Shown piece after piece: positions 13,028 to 26,434 of a stretch of DNA of 64,000 bases; positions within the stretch are counted from its first letter, which is position 1; the number at the start of each line of letters is the position of its first letter. Origin of the DNA: Nitrospirales bacterium (GTDB lineage: Bacteria > Nitrospirota > Nitrospiria > Nitrospirales > UBA8639). Below the pieces are notes generated by a model. It was given only the letters and a program-made list of their open reading frames with translations, was not told the DNA's origin and made no database searches. Location: positions 1,376,001 through 1,440,000 of the forward strand of contig CBDBCZ010000018.1 of assembly GCA_965203295.1 (NCBI GenBank). The letters are read 5' to 3'. The position numbers were made by a program, and so were the translations under genes.

Positions 13028-13534
13028 GTAAAGATAGTACATACTAACTTAAATTCTTTGCCTTGAGTATCCATAGCACCATACTTTGTCGCAGAAGCAA
13101 TTTATTGCCAGTGGAGAATCTCAGTTTTTTTTTGGCTTCTGGCAACTAACTAATTGTCCATCCATGCCAACACGATACAAGAAACTAGACACAACTTCAG
13201 CTAACTAAATGCTTTCAGGCCCTAGTCCATAACAACATTAACAATAGCTGCTTGTAGTCTTGTGCCCAGACTAGTTTTACTGTACATCGTTGCATCTCTT
13301 GGTTGGTAGAAATGGTCCCAAAATATTATTCTCCTTGTGACAAGATTGGGATTGTCGGCCTTTAACTTGTCTGACCCGGTTAAGTGACTGTTTGGAAGAG
13401 CCAGCTAATTATAGTATTACTGGGACACTTAACTCAGTAATGTTGTCTTAGTTGTAGACGGAGTGTGATTATAATTACCTACTCATCATGTGGCTTAATG
13501 TTTACCTGGTACTCTGCTCATGCATTCCTGTTTA

Positions 13535-13991
13535 TTTGGCATGTGAGCAAGTCCCACACTAGTGTGTTCAATTGAAATTTTGTCTGTGTATACAGTGAGC
13601 GTGCGTGCGTGTGAGCGTGCATATTGTTTTCACTCTCCACGGTTCCAATATATCATTTCGAATAGTTTCGGTAATGTTCTAAATTGTTACGTAACATGGC
13701 CACGGATCTGCAGTGCAACTAGCTTAGGTACGTCCTCACAGACTACACTGCAGCAGCAGGGGCTACAGTGTAGCTCTTACTTCCCAGGTTGGCGACAAGT
13801 TATATTGGAGCAGCAGAGGGAGAATTCTAGAGCCAGAATAGCTACTATTTCTCCAGGCTGCCAGCATGCAAGTGACTCTAAGATGGGAGAGGGAGAGAGC
13901 TAGACCCGGAAAAGCTGCTGAGGGGGCATATCCACTAAGGTGGCTAATATCTCGCTCACGCTTGCCCCACAATGCTTTGCATTCACCTAGT
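13535..13991 (+). mobile_element. Non-autonomous Helitron/Helentron-like element
   Basis: Subterminal inverted motifs (gtgagcaag ... ctcgctcac) and a 3' CTAG|T end. A related 5' end occurs at about 14867. Confidence 0.5.
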
Positions 13992-15139
13992 TTATTGGTT
14001 AAATACACATGTTATAGTTAATTAAGCAGGTGGGGTTATACAAGAAAAGCTTATCTGGCTTTTCTAGAATGGTTATGTCATTGTCACACATCATTCACTA
14101 CCTTCTTGTATTAAAATTTGCTTTCAATCGATTGCAATAATACTGAGTATTTATATTGTTTAGATTTCGTTCTATGAGTATTGATTGGTGCTCCTCTCTG
14201 CATTCTTGTGTTCAGTTGTTCCAGCTAAGTCTCCCTTATTTAGTTGAGATATATATGTACAGGAAGAGCTGGCCTGAGTTTTGCAGAACGCTTATGTCAC
14301 AATGGATCCATCCCATTTCAATTGGTTGCTTTCATTTCCTGCAAGCAATATGTGGCAATATGTGGTAATGTTTCACTCTATACGTCATTTAACTAGGATT
14401 ATCTTAATAGATTTAACATCATGAGTATAAAGCTCACCAGAACCTGTTTATTTCAAAGCTCAAATTCATTAGTGAACTTTAGGCAATTCATAATGAGTTT
14501 TTCCATCAGCTTTGGATGTTGTGCAGGACAGTGCTAGCCATGCGATTCTCTTGCATGAACCCATTATAATATAAAATCATAGATAATATTTACTTAAGTA
14601 TATACTATTTATGATAAAAGGAAATACAACGTCTGCTTTAGGCCACACCACTTGACACGCACTGCGTACAACATTTTGACAATTGGCCCAAACATATTAA
14701 TTAACTCTCTAAGTAGTAATTACATCACTTTCATTTCATTCCACATGTCACGATGTGGCAGGCAATGTTCTTATAAATATCAATATTGCATGTGAGCTAT
14801 GGTTGCGGCAGCTGTAAGAACTCACGAGGTGTATGCATGTACGCACATGTATATGCTGTACACTCATTTGGGTGAGCCTGAGTGAGCCCCACACTACGAG
14901 TTAGCTCTACATTTCTGTCTATATTATTATGGTACGCACATTGTGCCGGAACTGCGCATAATGTTCCATACTTGTGGCGCATAATGTTCCATACTTGTGG
15001 CCTCGTTACACGTGCACGTGTGTATAATGATTACCGAGCCATTTAGAGCGAGGCAATTAATCCTACATTGTATCTCAGCAAGCAGTTTGTATGTGTCACG
15101 CTTAGGAATGCAATTATACTGCATACTGCACACGGCACA

Positions 15140-18100
15140 ACCGGCCCTTTGTGGTCAGTTCTCACCTGCTACTTCCCCCAGCATTGGCTGAAGTCTAGTC
15201 ATGGACAACTGTATCGGACTGTTAACTTTGTTGCTATGTGTGTTCTATTGATGTGTATTTAGAGTGAAGTACTGTTAATAGGTGTTAGTTACTGTTCTTT
15301 TGTTTGTTGTGTAAGTAGAAGCTAAGGTGGGATGTTCGTTGCTATGTTGTTATAAAAGGTTTGGGGTTGTATTATGTATAGTTGTCCTCCATTGTTGAGT
15401 TCGGCTGCGAAGGTTGAAGTTGCATGTGTGGTATTGCACCTGCGTAGGGGTTGTGTCTCGGCTAAGCTATTACAGTTGGTGGCAGCGGTGTACGAATCGT
15501 GTTGGCAGCAGTAGTCTGGACCCACTGTTGAATGACAACCCAATCAGGCATGACTTGTAAGAGAGTTGAAGAACGGAAGATGGCTTCGGAGTAGGTTGCA
15601 TCTATGGAAACATCTGTGGCTTGACAGAGATGGTCAAGGCCTTGCTCGCTAATCAGGAGAAAAGGGAAGAAGAGCAGCATAGGACAAAAAAGGCGATGGT
15701 CGAGAAACAGCATCGCAGGGAAGCGGCAATGATTGAAGAGCAGCGTAGGAAGGAAGAAGCCATGGAGCAAAAAATGCAAGAATTCCAAGCGCAGAACGAA
15801 ATGCTGAGAAATTTGGTGGAGAAGTCAATGGGAGAGATGAAGGGCTATCTCATCGAGGGCTCAATTCATTGAAGCTGGCAAAGCTAGCTGAGTCAGATGA
15901 TTGTGGCAGAGCCCCTCCCCCCCCCCTTAGTGACTCTGGTTGCAATTCTGTCTGTACGGGTGCATGGTCTTATATACCACAAATGCGGTGCCAGTCCTAT
16001 TTCAACGTCGTCCATGCAAAGTCCTACAGTCACGTGGCGACTGCTTCGCCCCCACACTGCACTGCATTTACTAGTATTGAAGCAAAATTATGTGACGACT
16101 TTTGAAAGGTTGATGGCGGCATACGAAATCGATGCATCATGATGGGCATTTTTGCTGGCCTTGCAACTCACTGGGAAGGCCCAGCAGGCATATGCCACCA
16201 TGAGTCAGAGCGACTCTAGCAAGTATGAAGAAGTCAGGAGCGCAATTTTGCGGTGATATGACATCAAAGAGGAAACATAGAGGCAAAGTTTTTGGTCGGT
16301 GAAGCAGCGGGAAGGCAAAACCCTGATCAAATTAGCAGCGCGACTACAGGTCCTGGCCGACAAATGGTTAGGGAGTGTGACTCAAAGGAGAAGGTGGTGG
16401 ATGTGATCATCAAGGAGCAGTTCCTGAATACATTGCCGGAAGATGTCAGGGTGTGGGTGAAGGAGCGAAAACACCACTACAAGCAAGGAGGCCGGGTGTC
16501 TGGCAGAATACTACCTACAGGCTCAAAAGGCAACGGGCAGGCCAGAGAGGGTGAACAGACAATTGCCCATAGACCGAACCGCCAGGAGGTCCAGCTGTGG
16601 GTCCAAAAGGATACCAGGGTTGTCGACAGTTGGGGCATTGGACACGAAACTGGTCAAAGAATGCTAGACCACTTGTGGGAGGACCGCCAAAGGAGCAGAC
16701 GTTGAGAAAGGAGAGGCAGAAGCGCGAGGTGTTGAGGTGCTTCAACTATAAAAAGAGTGGGCATGTGGCAATGAGGTTCCCAGATTGGCCTTTGTTCTAT
16801 GGAGGTGGCAGCTGATCTGGTTTGGGCAGAGGGGTTGGCAGGCAAGAGTAAGGAATCTCTAGGAGTGGAGTAGTGGAAGGCCGCTATGTCACCAATATTC
16901 TGCTGGATACTGGAAGGAGAGGCTGTCACTATCTGTGCTCATGGAGATGTCGTCTTATACCCGCTAGCGGAAGTTGGTGGCGAGGTTGATGGGAAGGTGA
17001 TCAAGGTTGAAGCAGCGGTATCTGTTTCCCTACCTGTGTCTGTCTTGTTGAGCACAGATGTACCGGAGCTGATGGAGCTGCTGAAGGGTGTGATAATGGA
17101 GCAGGCACAGTTAGATGATGCCTTGGTGGAGATGACCCGAGCAAGGGTTAAGCCAGCGGGAGCATAAAGAAGCTATTGAGAGGGAGAGAGAGCAGTTGTC
17201 AGGAGCACGACCACACTCACTTGATGAGCTGGGGGAAAATGAGGCAAAGAAAATGGAAAAGAGGCACGGAGATCAGCAGGACCCTGCAGTGGTCCAACAC
17301 CAGGCTATGCAACCACAACAGTGTGAGGAAGGTCGACCGTAGACCTTGGTGGAAGAGGTTTGAGAAGAGCCGGAAGCAGTACCTTGGAGTGAGTTTGATG
17401 AGGATATTTTTGTGGAAGCCCGGGATTGGATGGAGCTCACCCGGAGTCAGAAGCATGCTGGGGGACGGCAGCACAGGGAGCAGCAGTCTGGGAAGTCGGA
17501 GGAAGGCCAACCTACTCAGCACCCCTTAGATATTACTACAGAGGAATTGAGGAAGTTTCAGGACGAGAATTTGTCATTGGCAGGAGCAAGGAGGGTTACC
17601 GCGAGACAGCCATGTCTCGCAGTTGGAAAGGGTTTCTTTGAAGAAGATGGGTTACGCTACCGGCGATGGACTCCTCTGGGACGAGACGACAACATGGAGG
17701 TGATGCAGCTAGTTCTTTCAAAGCAGTGCTGGAAGACGGTGGTTCAGCTGGCACATGAGATCCCACTTGCAGGGCATATGCGTAGGCAAGGGAAAGACCA
17801 TCCAGAGGGTTCTACTGTACTTTTACCGGCCAACAGTGTACCAGGATGTGGTTGAGTTCTGCCAAAGCTGTGAGAGCTGTTAGAAGTGCCCCCACAGGAA
17901 AGAACCGAAGGCCCAACTCATCCCCCTCCCAATTATCTCTGAGCCATTCCAGAGGATTTCCCTTGATATTGTGGGTCCCCTACCACGAAGTTGTACCGGG
18001 AATCGCTATGTGTCATCATTTGGGACTATGCAACCCGTTTTCCCGAGGCAGTGCCCCTACGTTTCATTGAGGTTGAGAAGATTGCTGATGAGCTGATTAG

Positions 18101-19599
18101 GCTGATTTGCAAAGAGTTGGTATCCTGAACGAGATTCTGATGGACCAAGGGTCTAATTTTACCTCACAGCTATACTCACGGAGCTTTACCAGCTTCTCCA
18201 TGTGCACCCAATCCGTACCAGCCCCTTCCACCCCCAGACGAATGGTTTAATCAAACCCTGGCAGATGATATTGAGGAAGAAGGAAAGGATTGGGACAAGC
18301 TCTTCCCGTACCTGTTGTTCGCGTACCGGGGGTCCTATAGGATTCAACGGGGTTTTCACTATACGAGCTGCTCTATGGTTGTTCAGTGAGGTGGCCACTG
18401 GACGTCCTCAGAGAGTCCTGGGTGGCTAGGAGTCGGAGCAGTGAGAGTGTGGTGTCTATGTTGCTCTCAGTACAGGTCAAGATGTCCCAGATGACGGAGT
18501 AGGCTCAGAGATATTAGCGAAGGCTTAGCAGCGACAGGAAGCCTTTTGTCACCAAAGCACTCGACAGAGAGAATTCTAAGTAGGGGAACAGGTCATTGTA
18601 TTGCTGCCAACATCCAGCCACAAGCCCTTGGCCCAGTGGCAGGGGCCATACACAGTACATGGTTCGTCGTATAGGGAAGGTAAACTAACACATTGATATA
18701 AAAGACAAGAGGAAGAGACACCGAGTGTTTCATATCAACATGCTACGGAAGTGGCATGTGCCAGCATCGACCAATTACTTGGCTGAGGGGACAGTCGTTG
18801 ACGTTGATATGGAAGAGGTACCAACGTGGAGAGAGCAGGGTAGTATTGGTGAGAACCAGCCAGCAATTGGGGAGCAGTTGAGTGAGGTGCAGCGACGGCA
18901 GTTGGAAAGGTTTCTGAAAGGCTATTCTGACATTATGCAGAATCAACCAGGTCGAACCAATCTTGCGGAGCATGGTGTGAATACAAGATTAGCATGGCCA
19001 ATTAAACAGCCTCCATATCGACTACCCTATGCATATCGGCAGCAGGTACAGGAGGAATTGAAAGAGGTGTTGGTGAATGGTATCATTGAGGAGTCAGGGA
19101 GTGAGTGGGCATCACCGATGGCTCTGGTCCACAAAAAAAGATGGGTCTTTGAGGCTGTGTGTGGATTATCGGAAGCTGAATGGGGAGTTACGGCTAGATC
19201 AGAACCCTATGCCTCGAATTGACGAGCTTAAGGATAGGTTAAGTAAGGCAAGGTTCATCTCGATTTTGGATTTTACGAAAGGCTATTGGTCCCATTCACG
19301 GAGAAAGCTCACATCAAGACAGTGTTTGTGACACCTTTTGGGCTGTATCAGTTTAGGTCATGCCGTTCGGTTTGCAGGGGGCACCGGCTACTTTTCAAAG
19401 GTTAATGGATAGGGTTTTGCGAGGGCTGGGTCAGTTTGCGGCTGCTTACCTTGATGATGTAGTTATCTTTAGCTCTTCCTAGGAGAAACACCTCGCTCAA
19501 GTCAAGAAAGTGCTTTCACAATTACGAGATGCAGGGCTTAGCGTCAAGCCACGAAAGTGGCAGTTCGCTATGTCCCAGTGCTGCTATTTGGGTCATGTA
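15140..19599 (+). mobile_element. Decayed Ty3/gypsy LTR retrotransposon of Gmr1-like organisation (gag-PR-IN-RT), 3'-truncated
   Basis: Gag: TTFERLM, KEQFLNTLPEDVRVWVKER and a degenerate zinc knuckle. Protease: LLDTG at 16900-16914. Integrase: AHEIPLAGH..C-x2-C, LDIVGPLP, DQGSNF, PFHPQTNGL, WQGPY (17750-18650). RT: WASP, LRLCVDYRKLN, MPFGL..APATFQR, YLDD (about 19446), YLGHV. Many stops and frameshifts. The 5' LTR start is approximate. Confidence 0.93.
15477..15490 (+). promoter_or_regulatory. Primer-binding site of the gypsy element (tRNA-Leu-like)
   Basis: LTR-like end ..TTACA (15474), then a 2-nt gap, then TGGTGGCAGCGGTG, complementary to the 3' end of eukaryotic tRNA-Leu (..CACCGCUGCCACCA). 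Confidence 0.75.
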
Positions 19600-19741
19600 A
19601 CCAACCTCAATGCAGACAAAATTGTAGCTACTAGCTCCATTGTCAACTCCGACAACCGCAATTATTGTATGGCCCACTGTGACAATGTATGACATTGTAT
19701 TGACCCTATTTCATTCCATTCATGGCTATTCTTCTCTCCAG

Positions 19742-19825
19742 CTTCGCGTACAATGCCCTTGGTGATGGAGGTGTTACTGAACTTTGCTCAGGGCTAAATG
19801 TGAACAATACACTGAAGATACTGAA
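19742..19825 (+). CDS. NLR LRR exon 7 (type A, 84 bp): FAYNALGDGGVTELCSGLNVNNTLKIL
   Basis: ggctattcttctctccag acceptor, GTGAGT donor. Confidence 0.9.
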
Positions 19826-22579
19826 GTGAGTTTACATACACTGAAAGTTCTAGTACCTACTACTGCAAACTGATCTCCTGTTTTTTTTAATTCACTAATC
19901 AGTAACACAGCTGGTCCCTGTTTTAGAAAAGCCATTGGATGTTTGCATACAATACAGGGAAGCAATGTAATACGCACAGAAACTTGTTAAATTTTAGGGC
20001 TGTGCTGATAACGCTCGACATTATGCTACACTACCTTGCACAAGTAAGAATATAGTGCAAACTGTGCTCATAAACTCAGCGCTGTGAAGTGCAGTGACTT
20101 TTGGAGGTGATGGATTCATACTGAGTGGATGTTTGTGTGTTAGCTATGAAATGTGCTCACTATCGCTCTCGTAAATACTCAAACTCTTTTCATAGTCTAT
20201 GATTTAACATGGTATTATAAGAGGCATATCAACGTAGCAGTAAAAAATTGTGTTTGTGTTTTTACGTGTTTTTATGTTACTTATGCCACATTTTTCCCGA
20301 CAGTATAATATAGACCGGCACAGAAGCCTATAGCTATAAGTTTATGACATTGTTACAATGTTTTGGGTTCTGACATCATCATGGCTAGAAGTCAATGCAC
20401 CTTCCAGGAAGAAGTGCACTAGGAGTGGTCTGGAATGTATTTTGTGTGTTTAGAATGGCCTGCTTGTGTGTTTCAAGGACTGAGTCAACAGTGTAATTAA
20501 TTACTATTTTGCCCTAGAATTCCAATAGGGATGGCTGCAGTACTTCATCCTTTATATCATTTGACATAATGATTGCTGAGCTGCACACACACATGCATAG
20601 TCCTCCTTTTACAGGGTGCACTAACTCACTTTTTACTTTTTGGTGTCCCCTGCTCTAGTGGTGTGCTCAAACAGTCAAAATGGAATGCTATGATGATGCT
20701 TTGTGTGTTGTGTGAACCCACAGGGACCCAATTTATGATATACTAAGGAATACTGTACTATGCAGTGTATGTGTAGTACATACCACATGTGATCACTATT
20801 ACGTTTAACTTAGTATAATTGATACTTGAAAGAGTGGTTATACCAACATAAACTAATGTCAAAGCTATAAATTTCTCAACTGTTGCTAATATAACTGGAC
20901 CATTGTTTTCTGGCATTCCTCTCCAGCTCATAAATGTACTTTTGAATTGCTATAACCATAGTATTGTTAGTTTCAATTGTGTTTCAAATGAAGAAATCAC
21001 TGTCTTATCAATGCCTTTATTGCAGCTCTACATTGGTGTACCTGTATCAGTATAGAGGTAAAGCCATGTGTTTACTGTAGAAGTAGACACCACTATTTGT
21101 GTATTAGAAGAAGCCACACTCTTGCAACAATCAATAACAAAATGACGATTTGCATCATGTATTTTAAGTCAGGAAGAAAAGGTGGCCTCAACCCACTAGG
21201 AAATCCCCATACATATTTACATAACTTGGAGTGGTCTGGAAATGCATTAGCTTTTCAGAATACCATCTGTCGGCGAATTTATAATATTGTGACTTCAGAT
21301 TAGCTTCACTCACCCTCTTTAATAAGACGTAATGTAGTAATGTGCTTTACTGGCTTTGTTACTGCACAAGGCTTAGTGATCACTGCCCTTTAGTATCCCC
21401 AAACTCTCCTTCTTTTTCCCCGTGTTTTCTTTTGCTTGGTGAATGCTAGGGAATGAGAGTATTGGGATAATAAACCAGAAGAAAACAATACTTACAACTA
21501 TTCAAGGTATTGCTAGGCAACAATGAAAAAGTGATTGCTACATGGAATAAGTTATTTTTTTGGCCAAGAAAAGTGCTGCAGAACATCACATGACCGTCGT
21601 TGAAATGTTGTTTGATTTTTTGCAGTGCGTAAAACACTTTCAAGTAGCCTAGAATACCCTATTTGGAATTGTGTTCTAATAGAGTGTTAGCTATTTTTTA
21701 TGCTTAGACTCTTTGATTGCGTTATTTCAAATATGACTGAATGAAGAATACATGATCCTGACCAGTAGATGTTTGGAAAAACAATGGTAACGAAGCTAAC
21801 TTGTCAAGTTTACTTTACAATCAGCATTAACAGTAACACAAAGATATTGCATTCAATGAAAGTTTAGACTGCATTAGCTGTGCTTGTGATATTACTGTTC
21901 GCTCTTTCTAAACTGAATTCTTGATTGAATTTTAGACCATAACAGATACATAAAGGGTAGTTGAAAGCTCAGTCTAAACCACCAAGCTATTGTATTACAA
22001 GCTAATTGTATGGAGAGTGGTCACGAACACAGTAATAGCATATAATTAGTAAAAGTGGGGTAGAGGTGAGGTAATGACTGCTCTGAGAGCTTAGATGTTA
22101 TTTCTTGTTAAGAACAAGCACTGCTTCAAATACAAGTCATAGTAATATGAGCATTGACCCACCAATATTCACTTCAAATAGGAAAGGAATGATGAACCCA
22201 ATACATACTGCATACTTTAGTGCTTTGGGTTTACTCATTCAGTGGTTTGGTATTCTGCATACATGGTTACGTGTGTGAGTAAGGTCACGTGAGGAACCTT
22301 GATTGCATGGGAGCTTTACAATCTGTGGTAGGCTGTGTGGCTAGGAAACACTGTCAGCCATAACGTTGACAGGTACAGCATACTGCAATTTTTTTAAGAT
22401 TCCTTCTGAGATAGGCCAGAGGAAAAGGAAAGTACAACTTATATAATATACTTTACAAAACACTACACCCCAACTACAACCAACCCAAAGCTTCACAGGA
22501 ACACTACTTCCATCAAAAAGTACTTCGTTCCACATTCACAAGCACGCATAAACCAAGCAGAGTGATTCCTAACAGCACT

Positions 22580-22842
22580 TAGTGTCGTGCCCTGCCCCAC
22601 GTTAGGAAGGTGGGACTGGCTCCCCATATATTCAAAGTTGAGGCAGCATTGCGTCAGCGGTCCCAGATCTGGACCGGCAATGTGATTGGTTGATTATAGT
22701 ATTTCATCACTAAATGGTGGCAGTATCCGGATATCGATACTAGTGGCCACTTGGACACTATCTGTTTGGTGATGTAAATGCTAACTTTGAATATACGGGG
22801 AGACAGACCCACCTTTCTAACGTGGGGCTGGGCACGAGACTA
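22580..22842. mobile_element. MITE with about 60-bp TIRs (TAG..CTA ends)
   Basis: tagtgtcgtgccctgccccacgttaggaaggtggg... / ...cccacctttctaacgtggggctgggcacgagacta. Flanks aacagcact / cacagcacc form an imperfect 9-bp TSD. Confidence 0.85.
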
Positions 22843-25361
22843 CACAGCACCACACTGCCACCAACACACAACAAACACAATCCACATCAACCACCATATA
22901 CGTAACATGCTCAACGAAATTGACAACACTCAATCTACATTTTACCAAACACACCCCCATAGACCTCCCCTACAAAGGACCTGCACACACAAACATCTCA
23001 TAACTCTTTAACACTCAACCACGTATAACCAAACATTGTCCCTATACAAATACCATGATCATTATGACTCCACCCTCAATATAACTCACTAGTCCAACAT
23101 GTACACAAACAACACTTTCAGCTTCATGCCTTCCACAACCACCAACATACTCACACACACCAAATTACACTATGTCACTATTCGCATCTCACATATACAC
23201 GATTGTGGTTGGTGTGGTTGGAAAGATGTAGGGATGGTAGCTACGTGGTAAATACATTGCACTGTGATGTGTGGGTATAGTCTATGCATGCATTCCGGTG
23301 TGCACTGTCACTTGTTTCGTTGGTTTTGGGGGAAGTGTTTTTTGGTGGAAGGGCATCCCTACATGACTTGTTTTTGCACTTATTGGCAAAGTGTATATTG
23401 ATTCATAGAGCCAATCAGCTTCATGCAGAAGCCCATCAGCCTTGAACATTTGAGTCAATGATGCTGCAGTGTGCTTTCCATGTGTGTGAGCAAATCTGCA
23501 GATAAAGTTAACTTGGATATAGAAGAATTATTGCATTTTGCCGAGACTGGCTTCCAAGAAGAGGTAAAGGCTAAATTTTCTTGGGGACAGCATGCCACCA
23601 GATCAACTAGTAACTGTGTGCTACACACACACAGTTACGCATGAATTATGTAAAATATGGCGCAAATAGCTTCTCCACTATTATATATTTTCTTCCTATG
23701 CCATTGCATGGGTAAGAGTTGAAGGCAATCTCACTATTAGAATCCTCGTTACCTTACAGTTCCAGGAGTACGTGGCCTGGAAATACTTTTTATGATCCAT
23801 TGAACAACTCCATAATATTCCTCATGCATGCATTCTAAAGATTGGGTCTACTGGGCGTGGCTTGTTCTAGTCTTCCCATTGAGATTGCTATGATAAGGTA
23901 GAACTCTATTACTTTACCTGATATGACATAATCATCAGCTATACACCCACAAATATCTAGTCTTGTACCCGGGACCTTACATGATTCTAAGTGAGACAGC
24001 TTAGGTACAGATCAGTGTATCTCCTTACATTCACTAATGCAACTGTAGCAGTTTGCACCTAACAGCATGTAAGGAGTCAACTCATCATGTACTGTCTGTG
24101 GTTTACTGCTATTCTGCACAGTAAGCAATAAGGTCTCAAAACCTCTACAAAAACTTAGCCTAACTCTTTGTCATTTGAAGCACACATGGGTATCATTGAC
24201 CACTTCTTTCTGCTGTTTTAGAAGCTCAACTTGAATACCTACAAGCAGGTACCAGACAGCTATCATCTGTGAACATGTGGAAATTTTTGAAGGAAATTAA
24301 ATATTTTTGAAAGTTCATTTAAATGCTAGCCATTGCTTCCTGCTACAAGGCTGTAGCTACTAGCTTTGTGTGACCACTGCTCATGGCATTATGTTAAATT
24401 TTTGTCTTGTATTCACTATGAAACATTTATTATGTGTTCGGCTATGCTTTCAGAGTGTTGCTCCAATGTCCATGATAAGACCCATCATTCGAAGGACTAG
24501 TTGAGGCCACCAACCTAACGTAAACCCCTAATGTGAAGTCATGTCTTCTCCCCAGTTTACAACACACTGTAAACTTTGTATTAGGTAGTCCAATTCTATC
24601 TGTTTTACCCGAAGATCTGAAATCCCAAATTTTCTTGGAGGAGCTTGCCCCCAGACCTCCTAGTGGTCGCACTTCATGAGCTTAAAGTTAGGTGGGCATG
24701 ACCTTTCTTCATTCCCGAATTGAAAGTAGTAGGGCCCCCTCCAGAGGGGAGCAGACTAACCAGGACTGGGTGTGATATTGAATCCTCAACAAAAGGTGGA
24801 TGGTAAGTTTGGCAGCACAACTCTCTTGTTGCAAGTGGGGTGTGTCTAGATTCAGTATCACTCCATTGCAAATACAGCTAATTTATGTGCCTATTTTCTG
24901 TACATAGGTAACTCATAATTACATGTTCTGTCAATAGAAAATGGGCATTGCGCGTGTTATGTGAATAATTGTACCTATGCCAGGTTCTGTTCAAAAATTT
25001 TAGTTTGGGGAAGAAGATCTTTAAAGTGATGGTGGTTAGGGGGCTGCTGCCATAGGCCAGTTATTCTAGTGGGGTCTGAGAGCATGCCCCCACAGAGATT
25101 GTTTAATTAACCATCTAAGAGCGGTTCTAAAGCATCCTAGTAGCTGTGGTAATCCAGACAGTTTCTTAGTATGTACACTGTAAGCTATAGGTGCCAGCTG
25201 TTATTGTTATTGCAATGTAGTGCATCTAAGATGTATATGCTTCAGTTCAGACACTACTTTTCACTTCGTTTAATTGTTAAAAATACTGGGGTGAATGCTG
25301 GAGTGTTTGCTGGGAAATCCATTGTATTACTCACAGAATGCTGCTTGTGTTTTTTTCACAG

Positions 25362-25439
25362 TCTCATGGGCAACCGGATATCGGATGCCGGAGCAAGAGT
25401 TCTCAGCAAAGCACTGATGTTAAACCAAGCAAAGCTGTA
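25362..25439 (+). CDS. NLR LRR exon 8 (78 bp): LMGNRISDAGARVLSKALMLNQAKL
   Basis: tttttttcacag acceptor, TA|GTAAGT donor, phase 2-2; matches the tail of ORF 25171..25440. Confidence 0.85.
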
Positions 25440-26434
25440 GTAAGTTAGATACTTCTTAGCTCTAGAAATTTCAACTCACCCTGCAAATCCGATAAGGGAG
25501 GATATTACTGTAATGGCAAATTCAAACTGGTAACAGAGGTACTATAGCCACCAGAATTATTATTATTTGGAAGATTCCTGCAGTGTTCTTACTCTCTCCT
25601 GTCCTAGCTGGCTCACTGTGAGTGCTGACACTCTTGTCAGTGAGATAATACCTGCATATTTTTGTATTCATCTCGGTTACAAGATCATTGGGATTCAATT
25701 AGGTAGATGCTTTCAACCTAACAATGGTAGAATCTTTATGTGTGTCAATGCACAGCTATTAAAGAATGTAGAGATTCTCAAATTTAGAGCTGGCATAACA
25801 AAAAAAACTGTGTTCATTAAGTAGTAGGAAGGTGGGGCTGGTAGTGGGGGTGTGGCAATATTCAGCAAGTAGTAATACCACCACTGTAAAACAAAAAGCT
25901 CTTTTAGTTAGAGAATAGCATAAAACATTTAGTTACACCCAAAAACCGGAATGGATAGGTATTTTATATAAAAGCACGCTAGTTTTCTGTAGTAGGAAAA
26001 AAACAAAGATTTATCCTCTGTTTGTTTTGGTAGTCTCTTTGCTGGAAGCTACGTGTATAGCTTTGAACATCAGGTTTCAAAATATCATAGATCCCTTGGT
26101 TGGTGTCTACTTACTTTGCAGATACTAGAAGGGTCAGTACTCTCCTAGTTGATATTTGATATGGACTGATTTCTAGGCCACGTCAATGTCATTTAACTTG
26201 CCAGTACCATAGTGCAATATTACAATTAAAAATCTTTGACTCAGAATTGTATCTTTATTCAGTCTCATTTTGTGGGTGGAGCTACTGTTCATTACGTATC
26301 CTGTGGAATTGAATATGGTGCAGTCCTCTACCTACTAACTCAGTACTGACAGTTGTCAGAACATAAATAGAGTATATAGTGTCGTAACTTGCATAACGCT
26401 CACCAAAACACTTTTTTCTTCGCCTCTTTCTCAG

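Noticed and set aside
20350..20750. Possible TNFR-like cysteine-rich pseudo-exons
   Set aside because: Only scattered Cys spacing across broken frames; not supportable by eye.
22440..23200. A/C-skewed stretch as an old retroelement fragment
   Set aside because: The compositional skew is real, but I could not identify a diagnostic motif.
19826..25361. Additional 84-bp LRR exon between exons 7 and 8
   Set aside because: I found no AG-[LxxNxI/LG]-GT unit by eye; a degenerate one cannot be excluded.
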